The notes beneath the pieces are model-generated. The model did not search any database. It was not told where the DNA came from and saw only the letters and a program-made list of their open reading frames with translations. A stretch of 64,000 bases of DNA from Escherichia coli (GTDB taxonomy: Bacteria > Pseudomonadota > Gammaproteobacteria > Enterobacterales > Enterobacteriaceae): NCBI RefSeq assembly GCF_036507355.1, contig NZ_AP027877.1; one strand, given 5' to 3'. Both the position numbers and the translations under genes were made by a program. Positions 35,388 through 47,653 of the stretch are shown here, piece by piece (the first letter of the stretch is position 1; the number at the start of each line of letters is the position of its first letter).

Positions 35388-36836
35388 TTAAAGACCGATG
35401 CACATATATTTGATTTCTAAGTAATCTTCGATGCCATACTTCGAACCTTCACGACCCAGACCCGAGGCTTTAATGCCGCCGAACGGGGCCACTTCATTGG
35501 AAATAATCCCGGTATTGATGCCGACGATGCCGTACTCCAGCGCCTCGCCCACGCGGAAGACGCGGCTTAAATCACGGGCATAGAAATAGGCGGCAAGGCC
35601 AAACTCGGTGTCATTGGCTTGCGCGATCACATCGGCTTCATCTTTAAAACGGAACAGCGGGGCGAGGGGGCCGAAGGTCTCTTCTTTCGACACTTTGGCG
35701 TTGGCCGGCACGTCCACCAGAATGGTGGGCTGGAAGAAGTTGCCGCCGCGTTCATGTGCTTTACCGCCGCAAACTACGCGCGCGCCTTTCTCCAGCGCAT
35801 CGGCAATATGCTCTTCCACTTTTGCTACCGCTTTTTCATCGATCAGCGGCCCGATGGTGACGCCTTTATCCAGCCCGTCGCCGATATGCAGTTTGCTCAC
35901 CGCCTGCTGCAATTTTTCGGCAAAGCGGTCATACACGCCGTCCTGCACGTATAAACGGTTGGCGCAGACGCAGGTTTGCCCGGCGTTGCGGAATTTCGAG
36001 GCCAGTGCGCCTTCCACGGCTTTATCGAGATCGGCATCGTCAAAGACGATAAACGGCGCGTTGCCGCCCAGCTCCAGCGACACTTTTTTGATGTCTTTCG
36101 CGCACTGTTCCATTAACTGGCGGCCAATTTCGGTCGAACCGGTAAACGACAGTTTGCGCACCAGCGGATTGCTGGTCAGTTCGTTACCCACCGCGCCCGC
36201 CGAACCGGTGACCACGTTAAATACGCCAGCCGGAATGCCCGCGCGGATTGCCAGTTCTGCCAGCGCCAGCGCAGAGAACGGCGTCTGACTGGCGGGCTTC
36301 AGCACCATGGTGCAGCCTGCCGCCAGCGCCGGACCGGCTTTACGGGTAATCATCGCCGCCGGGAAGTTCCACGGCGTGATGGCCGCGGTAACGCCAATCG
36401 GCTGCTTGATCACAATCAGGCGCTTATCGGCCTGATGACCGGGGATGGTGTCGCCATAAATGCGTTTGCCTTCTTCGGCAAACCACTCAATAAAAGAGGC
36501 GGCGTAGCTGATTTCGCCTTTCGCTTCAGCCAGCGGTTTACCCTGTTCGAGGGTCATCAGGCGCGCTAAATCGTCCTGATGCTCCATCATCAAATTGAAC
36601 CAGTTGCGCAGAATGTTGGCGCGTTCTTTGGCGGTGAGCGCGCGCCATGCGGGCAGGGCGCGGTTGGCGGCGTCGATAGCGGCGCGGGTTTCATCTGCGC
36701 CCATTTTCGGCACGCTACCCAGCTTGTCGCCGTTCGCCGGATTGGTGACGTCGATGACTTCACCATTGTTGGCGTCCAGCCATTCCCCGTTAATCAACGC
36801 CTGCTGGCGGAATAAGTTACTGTCGTTCAGTTTCAT
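35388..36836 (-). CDS. gabD: Succinate-semialdehyde dehydrogenase GabD
   Basis: 482-aa aldehyde dehydrogenase ORF MKLNDSNLFRQQALINGEWLDANNGE... Confidence 0.95.
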   Translation of the reverse strand: MKLNDSNLFRQQALINGEWLDANNGEVIDVTNPANGDKLGSVPKMGADETRAAIDAANRALPAWRALTAKERANILRNWFNLMMEHQDDLARLMTLEQGKPLAEAKGEISYAASFIEWFAEEGKRIYGDTIPGHQADKRLIVIKQPIGVTAAITPWNFPAAMITRKAGPALAAGCTMVLKPASQTPFSALALAELAIRAGIPAGVFNVVTGSAGAVGNELTSNPLVRKLSFTGSTEIGRQLMEQCAKDIKKVSLELGGNAPFIVFDDADLDKAVEGALASKFRNAGQTCVCANRLYVQDGVYDRFAEKLQQAVSKLHIGDGLDKGVTIGPLIDEKAVAKVEEHIADALEKGARVVCGGKAHERGGNFFQPTILVDVPANAKVSKEETFGPLAPLFRFKDEADVIAQANDTEFGLAAYFYARDLSRVFRVGEALEYGIVGINTGIISNEVAPFGGIKASGLGREGSKYGIEDYLEIKYMCIGL

Positions 36837-36858
36837 CGCTACATCCTGTTTTCAAAGG

Positions 36859-38127
36859 TTATTGATTAAATGCGGCGTGTAAGGCATCCACACTACGTGC
36901 CGCTCGCAGCGTGCGTCCGGGGTTACTCTGGCTTGCCAACAGCGTTTGTACCTTGCTGACAATATGCGCACCAATAGGAATTGCTGATGTCGCTGCCGGG
37001 GAGGGCGCATTACAGGTGTGGATCGTGCGCGGGGTGGTGACAAACAGAAAATCGTCAATCAGCTTGCCGTCCGGCGATACCGCCTGCGCCCGCACACCGG
37101 CGGGCCAGGGCTGGAGATCGCTTAACGAAAGCCGGGGACAATACTTTTGCACCAGCCGCAGATAGCCGCTTTTGCACAGCGAGTTTTTCATCTCGCCCAG
37201 TCCTGAGCGTAGATGGTTTTGCAGCACCCGGCGAATCCCCGACGAGCCTAAAATCTCCAGCGTGTCGCTAAATGAGAAGTCGCGCTTGCGATAGCCTTCG
37301 CGTTTGAAAGCCAGCACCGCGTTTGGCCCGACGGTCACGCTGCCGTCGATCATGCGGGTGAGATGCACTCCCAAAAACGGCATTGCCGGGTCGGGGATGG
37401 GGTAAATCAGGTGGTTAACAATCTGGTTATGCTCCGGCGCCAGGCGGAAATACTCACCACGGAACGGGCAGATGATAAAGCCCGGTTCGAGGCCGAGCAT
37501 TTTCACCAGCCGGTCAGCCATCAGCCCGGAACAGCTAATCAGCGTTGATGCTTCATATTCGCCGCCCTGACGGGTATGTATCACCACGCCGTTTTTATGC
37601 TCATTAAGCCCTCTGACTTCGGCGTTATAGATAATTTCACCGCCTCTGGCCTGGAAGATTTTTGCCATTGCCGCCGTCACTTCGCGATAGCTGACGATGC
37701 CGCTGGACGGCACAAAAATACCGCCAAGCCCGGTGATATTCGGTTCGCGCTCGCGCAGTTCATCGGCGTTTAACCACTCGCGCTCGATACCGTTCGCGGC
37801 CGTGCGTTCCCATAAGGCGCGCATCCGTTCCATTTCGAGTTCAGACGTGGCGACCAGCATCTTGCCGCAGTTGTCGTAGCGAATGCCGTTTTGATCGCAA
37901 AAGGCTTTGGTGGCGCGGTTTCCCGCCAGGCAAAACTGCGCCTTCAGACTGCCGGGCGTGTAATAAACCCCGGCATGGATCACGCCGCTGTTGTGGCCCG
38001 TCTGGTGACAGGCCGGGCCGGACTCTTTTTCCAGCAACGCAATGCGGGCGTCCGGGTAGACATCAATCAGTTGCATGGCGGTCGACATGCCGATGATGCC
38101 GCCGCCAATAATCACAAAATCATACAT
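36859..38127 (-). CDS. lhgO: L-2-hydroxyglutarate oxidase/dehydrogenase LhgO
   Basis: FAD-binding GxGxxG (MYDFVIIGGGIIGMSTA); start placed at MYDF. Confidence 0.9.
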   Translation of the reverse strand: MYDFVIIGGGIIGMSTAMQLIDVYPDARIALLEKESGPACHQTGHNSGVIHAGVYYTPGSLKAQFCLAGNRATKAFCDQNGIRYDNCGKMLVATSELEMERMRALWERTAANGIEREWLNADELREREPNITGLGGIFVPSSGIVSYREVTAAMAKIFQARGGEIIYNAEVRGLNEHKNGVVIHTRQGGEYEASTLISCSGLMADRLVKMLGLEPGFIICPFRGEYFRLAPEHNQIVNHLIYPIPDPAMPFLGVHLTRMIDGSVTVGPNAVLAFKREGYRKRDFSFSDTLEILGSSGIRRVLQNHLRSGLGEMKNSLCKSGYLRLVQKYCPRLSLSDLQPWPAGVRAQAVSPDGKLIDDFLFVTTPRTIHTCNAPSPAATSAIPIGAHIVSKVQTLLASQSNPGRTLRAARSVDALHAAFNQ

Positions 38128-38146
38128 CCGCTCAATTCCTTTGCGC

Positions 38147-39238
<1,092 letters not shown>

Positions 39239-39460
39239 TTATTGTGATCAAAAACAACAAATTAGTAACATTTAACGTAGGGTATTAAGGTAAAGTGAGA
39301 CAGGAAATGAATAACTAAAGCAACAGGTTAGGGGGGAATTACCATCAGAGAACAGATTATCTGGTCGATAAAAAACAGTAAATGGCTTCACTGCAAAATG
39401 ACCGTCAGTAAACTAAACATATTATCTGCCCCGTTTTAGCGGGGCAGATATAACATTAAA

Positions 39461-40307
39461 TTACAAATAGAGATAGTTCGGCAGTTCTCCTGTTTTCCCT
39501 AAAAGAAGAGCGCTACGCCCAGGAATGTTGATATTTAGAGTTCCGCCTTTAAGCGTAAATACTTTACCAGGGGGAATACTTTTGCGTGTATTATTAATAA
39601 TAATGTTAACGCTATTACTCCCCATATTTTTATATATTCCTGGTTGCAATTTGTTAGGCCAGGTACCTTCAATTTCTTCGTTTCCTTTATTTATTATAAC
39701 TAGTCCGTCATGAGGAGAGTGATTAATATTCACAGAATCCCCACGACTAAAGACCAGAATGTTTTTAGTTGCAAATACACCCTCAAATGCGCTCCATATT
39801 CCTTCTTTATCTATATATAATGCGTGGAATTCATTGTAGAGCTGCTGATAGGTAGAGCAACCTTTATTAAGCCACGCCCACCGCCGACACGCGTGGACCC
39901 ATCATCATTTTTAATCTCAGTCGTTGATTTTAATACCTGACCATCCCAGTAAACTAAAGGCCTGCTGAACGGGAGAGCGGCCATATATGCCATTGCTAAT
40001 TGTTCATCTTGTTGATGGTTAAATAGAAAGTCATTGAAAAGATTGCCATTGTTAGGAAAATCGTGGTTAATGTTAATCAATATCCGTCTTTCTGATGGGA
40101 TGCTTGAGATTGTGGAACCCGGTTTTGATGCAAGGGTTTGGAGATCGCCACCAAATGAAAAGGCTTTTATCGTCTTCATGAGCAATGAAAAATCAATGGC
40201 GCTTAAATCATCTCTTTCATAAAGTAGCGATGACATTTGTTGTTCATCCAACTGGCAAGTTACCAGATATTCCATGTAATTCATAACGGCTTTTTCATGA
40301 TATTTTG
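39461..40307 (-). pseudogene. Downstream fragments of an alpha-amylase-like (ygaQ-like) gene, separated from the 5' part by IS1
   Basis: Two short minus-strand ORFs (39461..39733 and 39811..40284) in different frames continuing the gene interrupted at 40308. Confidence 0.55.
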
Positions 40308-41075
40308 GGTGATGCTGCCAACTTACTGATTTAGTGTATGATGGTGTTTTTGAGGTGCTCCAGTGGCTTCTGTTTCTATCAGCTGTCCCTCCTGTTCAGC
40401 TACTGACGGGGTGGTGCGTAACGGCAAAAGCACCGCCGGACATCAGCGCTATCTCTGCTCTCACTGCCGTAAAACATGGCAACTGCAGTTCACTTACACC
40501 GCTTCTCAACCCGGTACGCACCAGAAAATCATTGATATGGCCATGAATGGCGTTGGATGCCGGGCAACAGCCCGCATTATGGGCGTTGGCCTCAACACGA
40601 TTTTACGTCACTTAAAAAACTCAGGCCGCAGTCGGTAACCTCGCGCATACAGCCGGGCAGTGACGTCATCGTCTGCGCGGAAATGGACGAACAGTGGGGC
40701 TATGTCGGGGCTAAATCGCGCCAGCGCTGGCTGTTTTACGCGTATGACAGGCTCCGGAAGACGGTTGTTGCGCACGTATTCGGTGAACGCACGATGGCGA
40801 CGCTGGGGCGTCTTATGAGCCTGCTGTCACCCTTTGACGTGGTGATATGGATGACGGATGGCTGGCCGCTGTATGAATCCCGCCTGAAGGGAAAGCTGCA
40901 CGTAATCAGCAAGCGATATACGCAGCGAATTGAGCGGCATAACCTGAATCTGAGGCAGCACCTGGCACGGCTGGGACGGAAGTCGCTGTCGTTCTCAAAA
41001 TCGGTGGAGCTGCATGACAAAGTCATCGGGCATTATCTGAACATAAAACACTATCAATAAGTTGGAGTCATTACC
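40308..41075 (+). mobile_element. IS1 insertion sequence, copy 1 (768 bp, with target-site duplication)
   Basis: Starts ggtgatgctgccaacttactgat, ends ...gttggagtcattacc; insA-like ORF 40363..40638 and insB-like ORF 40557..41060; flanked by atattttg direct repeats (40300..40307 and 41076..41083). Confidence 0.95.
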
Positions 41076-42488
41076 ATATTTTGGGTTAAATAAGTTAGTG
41101 TTGTGTAATCGCTCATTATAATTTTTAAGCGGTGGGGTTATTGATCTTTCTATTTGTTCATGTTTTGAGTGTTTTGCTGCATCATAACGTAAACCTCGTA
41201 CGCCATATTTTCGCATTTCACGAACGTATTGATTTTGCAGCATAATAACCTGGTCACTTTTGGGGGTTGTTTTAGGCATTCCATTTAAACGCTTTTCTTT
41301 TAATGCATGGAGGTTTTCCCATTCATCCTTAGAGATGTTATCTTTACTTGCTTCGAAGTCTTTTGCAGTGAGATGTATATCTTCTGGATGGATTTGTTTA
41401 CGTTCTTTTGTTACTGGATCGATAATAAATGGAACCAAAACCTGACCTTGCCAATAGCCAGGGATACCACCTTCTATATCTTTACTGATCTTCGCTCGTA
41501 TATCAGCAGAGGGATAATCCAGGTCATTTTTACCACTACCCCCGATTCCCATAAAGTTAAAGGTATAATCAGGAATGATATCGATACCAAATTTTTTAGC
41601 ATCTTTAACCAATGCGATAAAATCCTGCAAATCTCCCATTGGATTATGGATGGTACAAAGATCTTCGGGTTGATAAGCGTGAAACCAGTAACCTTTTTCT
41701 TCTTCGGGAGTTTCTGGTCCGTCGGCACGGAAAGTTGTCACTGGAGGGATTTGTATATACCCATAATGGCAACGTGCAAATTCAGACATATTTTCTCTGA
41801 TTTGCTGGTAGGTGGCATTAAAAGCATGAAGAATCGCTTCGCCAGGTTTTTTGGGGGTGATGATTTCACATTGTGATTTCTGAACAGCAGTAAGAGATTT
41901 ACGCTCAAGTGTTTGCCGTAGATGTTCTGGATTGATTAGTATTTTAAATGTTTCTTGCTGTCCGGAAGGTGACGTCACGTTAATATTATATACATCGGCT
42001 GCCAGCTCATAGTCAGGAATGTTAATAGCATATGCAACATATTTATCTTTTGGGGAGGGTTTGTCAGATATAATGTGGGTGAAATGTTCAGCAGGACCAT
42101 ACTGGTGAACCCCCTTGTTATCTTCTCTTTCATTCATTGTATCTCTTTGATAAATCCATGTTTTTCCTTCTCCTATCCTGTCTGGCGCTGTAATACTACG
42201 CTGTGCAGCTTTATTCAGTTCACGGTAAGTTGTATCTGGAAAAAGGGAAATTTTATAATCGTTTTTTAACAGATCATTAATGATTTTTTCTGCGTGAAAA
42301 GTTGATATAATTTCTCTGTCTTTTAAATCCTGAGGATAAACTCCACAAGCATTAATAATATTTGTTACACAGTTTAGATATTCTAATGTATTTAATTTGG
42401 AATTTAGATCCCCGTCAGTAATGTTCCATGATAACAATGTGGGGTTGTCGATAGGTAAATTTCTTGGTCCTGGTTTTATAGAAAACAT
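41076..42488 (-). pseudogene. 5' portion of alpha-amylase-like (GH13, ygaQ-like) gene disrupted by IS1
   Basis: ORF 40995..42488 carries GH13-like motif GVRGLRYDAAKH; its last ~27 codons read into IS1. Confidence 0.7.
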
Positions 42489-43047
42489 AATAACGTTCCT
42501 CTAATGGTAGAGTAATATGATGTATACGGAGACATAAAAATGTTTAATTGTTGTGAAAGTAATTGCAAACAGATGTCCTATTTTTATCCAATATTTATAT
42601 GGAAAAGGATAATGCTTAAATCTGTTTTTTTAATTATCGATGTGGTCTGGAGAGGCAACTGTCAAAAATCGCTCATACGAAACTAATTATTAGCAGAATA
42701 AGTTCTATAAAAGAATATATTGCTATATGAAGTTTATTTTTATGGAGTGAAAAGTAACAGATATCATAATGATGCGAAAACTCTTCAGTTAATGTAATAA
42801 ACTTATATTATTAGATACAAAATCATTACAAAGTATCATTGAATCGATGATAACTATAGACAGTGTTAATTATTAACATTTGCTTGTTGACTGCGAGTAT
42901 CGACTTTGCGAATGGAGGCGATGTCGGGTTTTATGTCGCATGTATTGACGACCCAGGATGGATGAGAACGCATAAAAATCTGTTATTTACATCATAAGAT
43001 CATCATGTTTATTGCGTGGTTTATAAGTATTGTTATTGCATACTTAA

Positions 43048-43123
43048 GGCCCTTTAGCTCAGTGGTTAGAGCAGGCGACTCATAATCGCTTGGTCGCTGG
43101 TTCAAGTCCAGCAGGGGCCACCA
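43048..43123 (+). tRNA. ileY: tRNA-Ile2 (anticodon CAU/lysidine type)
   Basis: 76-nt ggccctttagctcagtggttagagcaggcgactCATaatcgcttggtcgctggttcaagtccagcaggggccacca. Confidence 0.9.
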
Positions 43124-43873
43124 AATCATCATTCATGTATCAGGAAGAGTTAAGGGTACAAGGGGTACTCGATGGCGGTCTATATTTCATGACTAACGCC
43201 ATTTAAAGGAAGAAGTGCGGTGGGTGGTTTCGAATGAGGGCTGGTGTTTTGGTACGTGGCACGCCACTGCAATGTATTTATCCATCAGTACTCATTCAAA
43301 AGTACCTGGAAAAAATGCCCGCTATGCCAAGCGGGCAAATTGCTTACATGTGGAATTAAGTAATTAACGATAAAGCCAGAGTATTATCATTTATTATACC
43401 CATTCATTTAATCAGGTTAATTACTCAAATCACTGAACTATTCTCTGTTCGCTCACTGATGATGAGTGAGTACCACAACCAATGTATTAGAACAATGCCG
43501 TAGAGTAAGGATGAAATGTCTCTACCACACCTTAAACATCTACTACTGACTAGAACACCCGCCGCAGGTAGATGAGTTTTGTGAGCGTTACAGGAGCGTG
43601 GCTATGCTCATTAACCAACGCTATTGAGATATAAATTTCTAACACTTGAAAAACGATTTTCACTAATAAATTATAACGGGTGTTTTTTATCATACAGCGA
43701 AATAACTTTTTGTTTATTAAATTTAACATTCTTGTGCTAATTTAATTAAAAAGTCCATGCGTAGCATGTGAAGCAGTTAATGCCAGCAATTGTCTCAAAT
43801 GAGCGATTTTTTATAGTGACAAACAATAATAACATTAAAAATAGCCATGTAGACATTAACTGAGGAATAGACA

Positions 43874-45223
43874 ATGTTAATTAATAAAAGCAACGGATTT
43901 AACGCTAGCGCAGTTTTGGGTAGTGGAAATTATAATGAAAATAAATCTTCTAAACACATGGAGCTACTAGCTCATAGTATTGTAAAATTAATTTGTAAGG
44001 AAGCTGCATCAGAGACGTATCGCGGTGCTCTTGAAACTTTACAAAAAATGATGTCTGAATGTAAATATAAAGAAGGCAACGCCTTTGTCATTATGGGTGC
44101 TGGAGGGCAATTAAAACGTATTAAATATGATGTTGATGAAAATAAATTAAAAATATTCAACATATACTTTGATAATAATTACGAGGTAGTTACTGATGGT
44201 GAGCCTGACGTAGTATGTTTAAGCAAGCAGGTCTGGGAAAATCTTCTCATTAAATTAAAACCGGAGATTAAAGAAAATGTGTTTTCTGAAAATAACAAAT
44301 TATCGAGAGAAAATAATGTTGATCAGTATGTTCAATCCGCTAAAAGAAATGAACAGGCCCTTTTCGATAATATAATAAAAAGTGATTTTCATGTTGCTTC
44401 ACTTCAGCCAGGTAGAACACGTAGTGTTATTTCAGAAACGCCGCCAAATGACTGTATGGAATCACGTAATTCATATGAAAACCAAATAGATGAGATTTCA
44501 TCTTTGTCAGAGTCAAAGGAACACCCTATAGATATTCAAGAAAAAACAGATGCGTTTGTGAATGAGTTCAAGGGGATATTATTTGATCAAAATGGAAGGT
44601 CTTCAGAGTTTCTACTTAATTTTTATGAATGTTGCTATGTGTTTTTACCAAGAGCGCAGCCTCAGGATAAAATCGAAAGCTATAATTCAGCACTGCAAGC
44701 TTTTTCCATCTTTTGTTCATCTACGTTGACACATAATAATATAGGCTTTGATTTCAAATTATTTCCAGAAGTCAAGCTGTCTGGAGAACATCTTGAAACG
44801 GTATTCAAATACAAAAATGGCGATGATGTCCGGGAGATAGCCAAAATTAACATTTCTCTCCAAAAAGAAGAGGGTGGTTTATATAATTTACGTGGATTGG
44901 ATTTTAAGGGATGCTTCTTTTCTGGACAGAACTTCAGTAACTATGATATTCAATACGTGAACTGGGGAACGTCATTGTTTGATGTTGATACTCCGTGTAT
45001 TTTTAATACGCCTGCTAACAATGAGAGTTATGAAAAATCATTAAAACCTGTAAGCGAAAACGGTTTAAATGGAGTCTTATCTGATCGTATTAAAAAAATA
45101 AAAATGATCACGGGTGTGGCACCATTCGATGATATTTTATTTATGGATGATGACTTTGATGATAACTCCCCTGAGGATGGTCCCGTTGAGAATATTCCTG
45201 TTATGAATAGTCCTCTTGTATAA
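43874..45223 (+). CDS. Hypothetical protein, AT-rich, with C-terminal pentapeptide-like repeats and acidic tail
   Basis: 449-aa ORF; visibly AT-rich; NLRGL/DFKGC/FFSGQ/NFSNY/DIQYV/NWGTS pentad periodicity; ends MDDDFDDNSPEDG; hairpin ggggctacgttttcatgtaacccc ~150 bp after the stop. Confidence 0.6.
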   Translation: MLINKSNGFNASAVLGSGNYNENKSSKHMELLAHSIVKLICKEAASETYRGALETLQKMMSECKYKEGNAFVIMGAGGQLKRIKYDVDENKLKIFNIYFDNNYEVVTDGEPDVVCLSKQVWENLLIKLKPEIKENVFSENNKLSRENNVDQYVQSAKRNEQALFDNIIKSDFHVASLQPGRTRSVISETPPNDCMESRNSYENQIDEISSLSESKEHPIDIQEKTDAFVNEFKGILFDQNGRSSEFLLNFYECCYVFLPRAQPQDKIESYNSALQAFSIFCSSTLTHNNIGFDFKLFPEVKLSGEHLETVFKYKNGDDVREIAKINISLQKEEGGLYNLRGLDFKGCFFSGQNFSNYDIQYVNWGTSLFDVDTPCIFNTPANNESYEKSLKPVSENGLNGVLSDRIKKIKMITGVAPFDDILFMDDDFDDNSPEDGPVENIPVMNSPLV

Positions 45224-45649
45224 AGTTCTAAAAGCAGTTTTCAATGATAAATAAATGGCTATTTTTACGAAGAGATAATAACGTAGATTGAAACAATATG
45301 TATTATTGATTGAGTAAATGGGATTATTCTTCACACTACATCCATTTTAGTGTCACTACCAAAGAAAAAGGGGCTACGTTTTCATGTAACCCCTTGATTT
45401 ATTTGGTGGGCTGGCAGTGACTGAATTGGTGCTGTAATTGGTTGAAATATTTCATCTAATGTCTGGTTCAACTTTCCTTAGCTGCCTGAAAGTTTTTTGA
45501 TCTCACCCAGTAATAACAGCGTTACGGTGCACCACGCCTGACTGAAGAACTGCGTGCTCAGGGTTACCACTTCAACGTAAAACCGTGGCAGGAGGTCCGG
45601 ACTGAAAAAACTGCTCAGGACATCATCGGCAGGGAACGCACTGCTAGTC

Positions 45650-45830
45650 TGTAAACTGAACCGACTGGGGCGCAGTATGTGGCATCTTGTCGTGCTGTTG
45701 GAGGAGCTGTGCGAACGTGGTATTAACTTTCGTGCTCTGGCCCAATCTATATTTGCCCAACAATGGGGGGACGAATGCTGTAAAAGTAAAACAATCTGCG
45801 ATCTCAAAGTTATTGTGTGATTTTTATGTG
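45650..45830 (+). pseudogene. Remnant of a Pin/Hin-type serine invertase (pinH-like)
   Basis: Translated fragment [37 protein letters not shown] resembles the invertase core (...WKLDRLGRS...RGI.F.SL...); frame breaks upstream. Confidence 0.55.
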
Positions 45831-46149
45831 AGCAGAAGATATTCATCAGAAACGATTATGTAAATCATTTTATTTTGCCAACGGCCTCATTGTCGAAAGA
45901 AAAGAATACGCCCGTGTTTCCTGAATAGATTGACTTTTTTATCTAACCACACTTCAGCGCACTGCGTTTAAAAAATGCCTCATTCTTATGCGGAATATCA
46001 TCATTTCATCATGATGTCTTTGATGAGCGGTGAACACAATACACTTGCGCTGTCTCTTCAGGATGAATCCCCTGGTCTGGTGCCTGTGGGCTGATGTTGC
46101 AGCAAAGCTAAGGTCGCTTAAACGCTACTCAGTATTCACTTTTCAGAGG

Positions 46150-47653
46150 ATGAAATTTATGAACAGGACCAGTCCCTATTATTTTCGCCGCTCAGTACTT
46201 TCCTTATTGATATCTACCTTAATATATGCCCAGCCCGGGATGGCGGCCTTCACTACTAATGTTATTGGTGTGGTAAACGATGAGACTGTAGATGGCAACC
46301 AACGAGTAGATGAACGAGGTACAACAAATAACACTCATATTATCAACCATGGCCGGCAGGAGGTCTATGGTGGGATATCTAATAGTAGTATTATTGAAAC
46401 TGGTGGCGAGCAACTAGTATCAATCCATGCCGATATTAACGGGCAAGCTAATAATACAACCATTAATGGAGGCAGACAGTCAATTGAGTACGGAGGAATT
46501 TCTACTAGCACGATAATCGAAAGTGGCAATCAATATGTTCATAAAGGTGGTACCAGCAATGACACGACAATTAAGGGCGGTACTTCACGCATAGAGGGGG
46601 GGACTGCAAATGGAACAATCATTGATGGTGGTAGCCAACAAGTAACAACTCAGGGGCATGTTGACGGTACAACGATAAATAAGTCTGGCTCTCAGGACGT
46701 AGTACAAGGAAGTCTGGCAACGAACACAACCATAAATGGTGGTCGACAGTATGTTGAACAGAGCACAGTAGAAACAACAACCATTAAAAATGGCGGTGAG
46801 CAAAGAGTATATGAGAGCCGTGCGCTGGACACGACGATTGAAGGCGGAACTCAGTCTCTGAATAGTAAGTCAACGGCAAAAAATACACAGATCTATTCTG
46901 GTGGCACGCAAATTGTTGATAACACCAGCTCCTCGGATGTTATTGAAGTTTATTCCGGTGGCGTGCTTGATGTTAGTGGTGGTACGGCAACAAATGTTAC
47001 CCAGCACGATGGTGCAATTTTAAAAACTAACACTAACGGTACGACGGTGAGCGGTACGAATAGTGAAGGTGCATTCTCCATCCACAATCACGTGGCAGAC
47101 AATGTGTTGCTGGAAAACGGTGGTCATTTAGACATAAACGCATATGGTTCGGCAAACAAGACGATTATTAAAGATAAAGGAACAATGTCAGTTTTAACCA
47201 ATGCTAAAGCTGATGCGACCCGAATAGATAATGGCGGGGTTATGGATGTTGCAGGAAACGCGACAAATACCATAATTAATGGTGGCACACAGAATATTAA
47301 TAATTATGGCATAGCCACAGGCACCAATATCAACAGCGGAACGCAAAATATCAAAAGCGGCGGGAAAGCTGACACAACAATTATATCCTCCGGGAGCCGG
47401 CAGGTTGTTGAGAAAGATGGTACGGCAATTGGCAGCAATATTAGCGCCGGAGGCTCGCTGATTGTCTATACCGGCGGTATTGCACATGGGGTTAACCAGG
47501 AGACGGGCAGTGCTTTAGTTGCCAACACGGGTGCAGGGACTGATATCGAAGGATACAACAAGCTCTCTCACTTCACTATTACCGGAGGGGAGGCTAATTA
47601 TGTTGTGCTGGAAAACGCTGGCTCATTAACAGTCGTCACTGGTTCCCGGGCAG
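46150..47653 (+). pseudogene. Autotransporter-adhesin passenger domain (ypjA-like), truncated by IS1
   Basis: Signal peptide MKFMNRTSPYYFRRSVLSLLISTLIYAQPGMA then repeated ...TTINGGRQ...GGT.. motifs; reading frame runs directly into the IS1 left end at 47654; no beta-barrel domain. Confidence 0.75.

Noticed and set aside
35608-36288. 226-aa plus-strand ORF
   Set aside because: Antisense to gabD; serine/alanine-rich translation with no motifs.
40995-41075. C-terminal 27 codons of the 497-aa alpha-amylase-like ORF
   Set aside because: This part is read-through into the IS1 right end, not native gene sequence; the gene is annotated as a disrupted fragment ending at 41076.
45478-45846. 122-aa minus-strand ORF
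   Set aside because: The opposite strand of the same interval carries the recognisable invertase-core remnant; this frame has no features.
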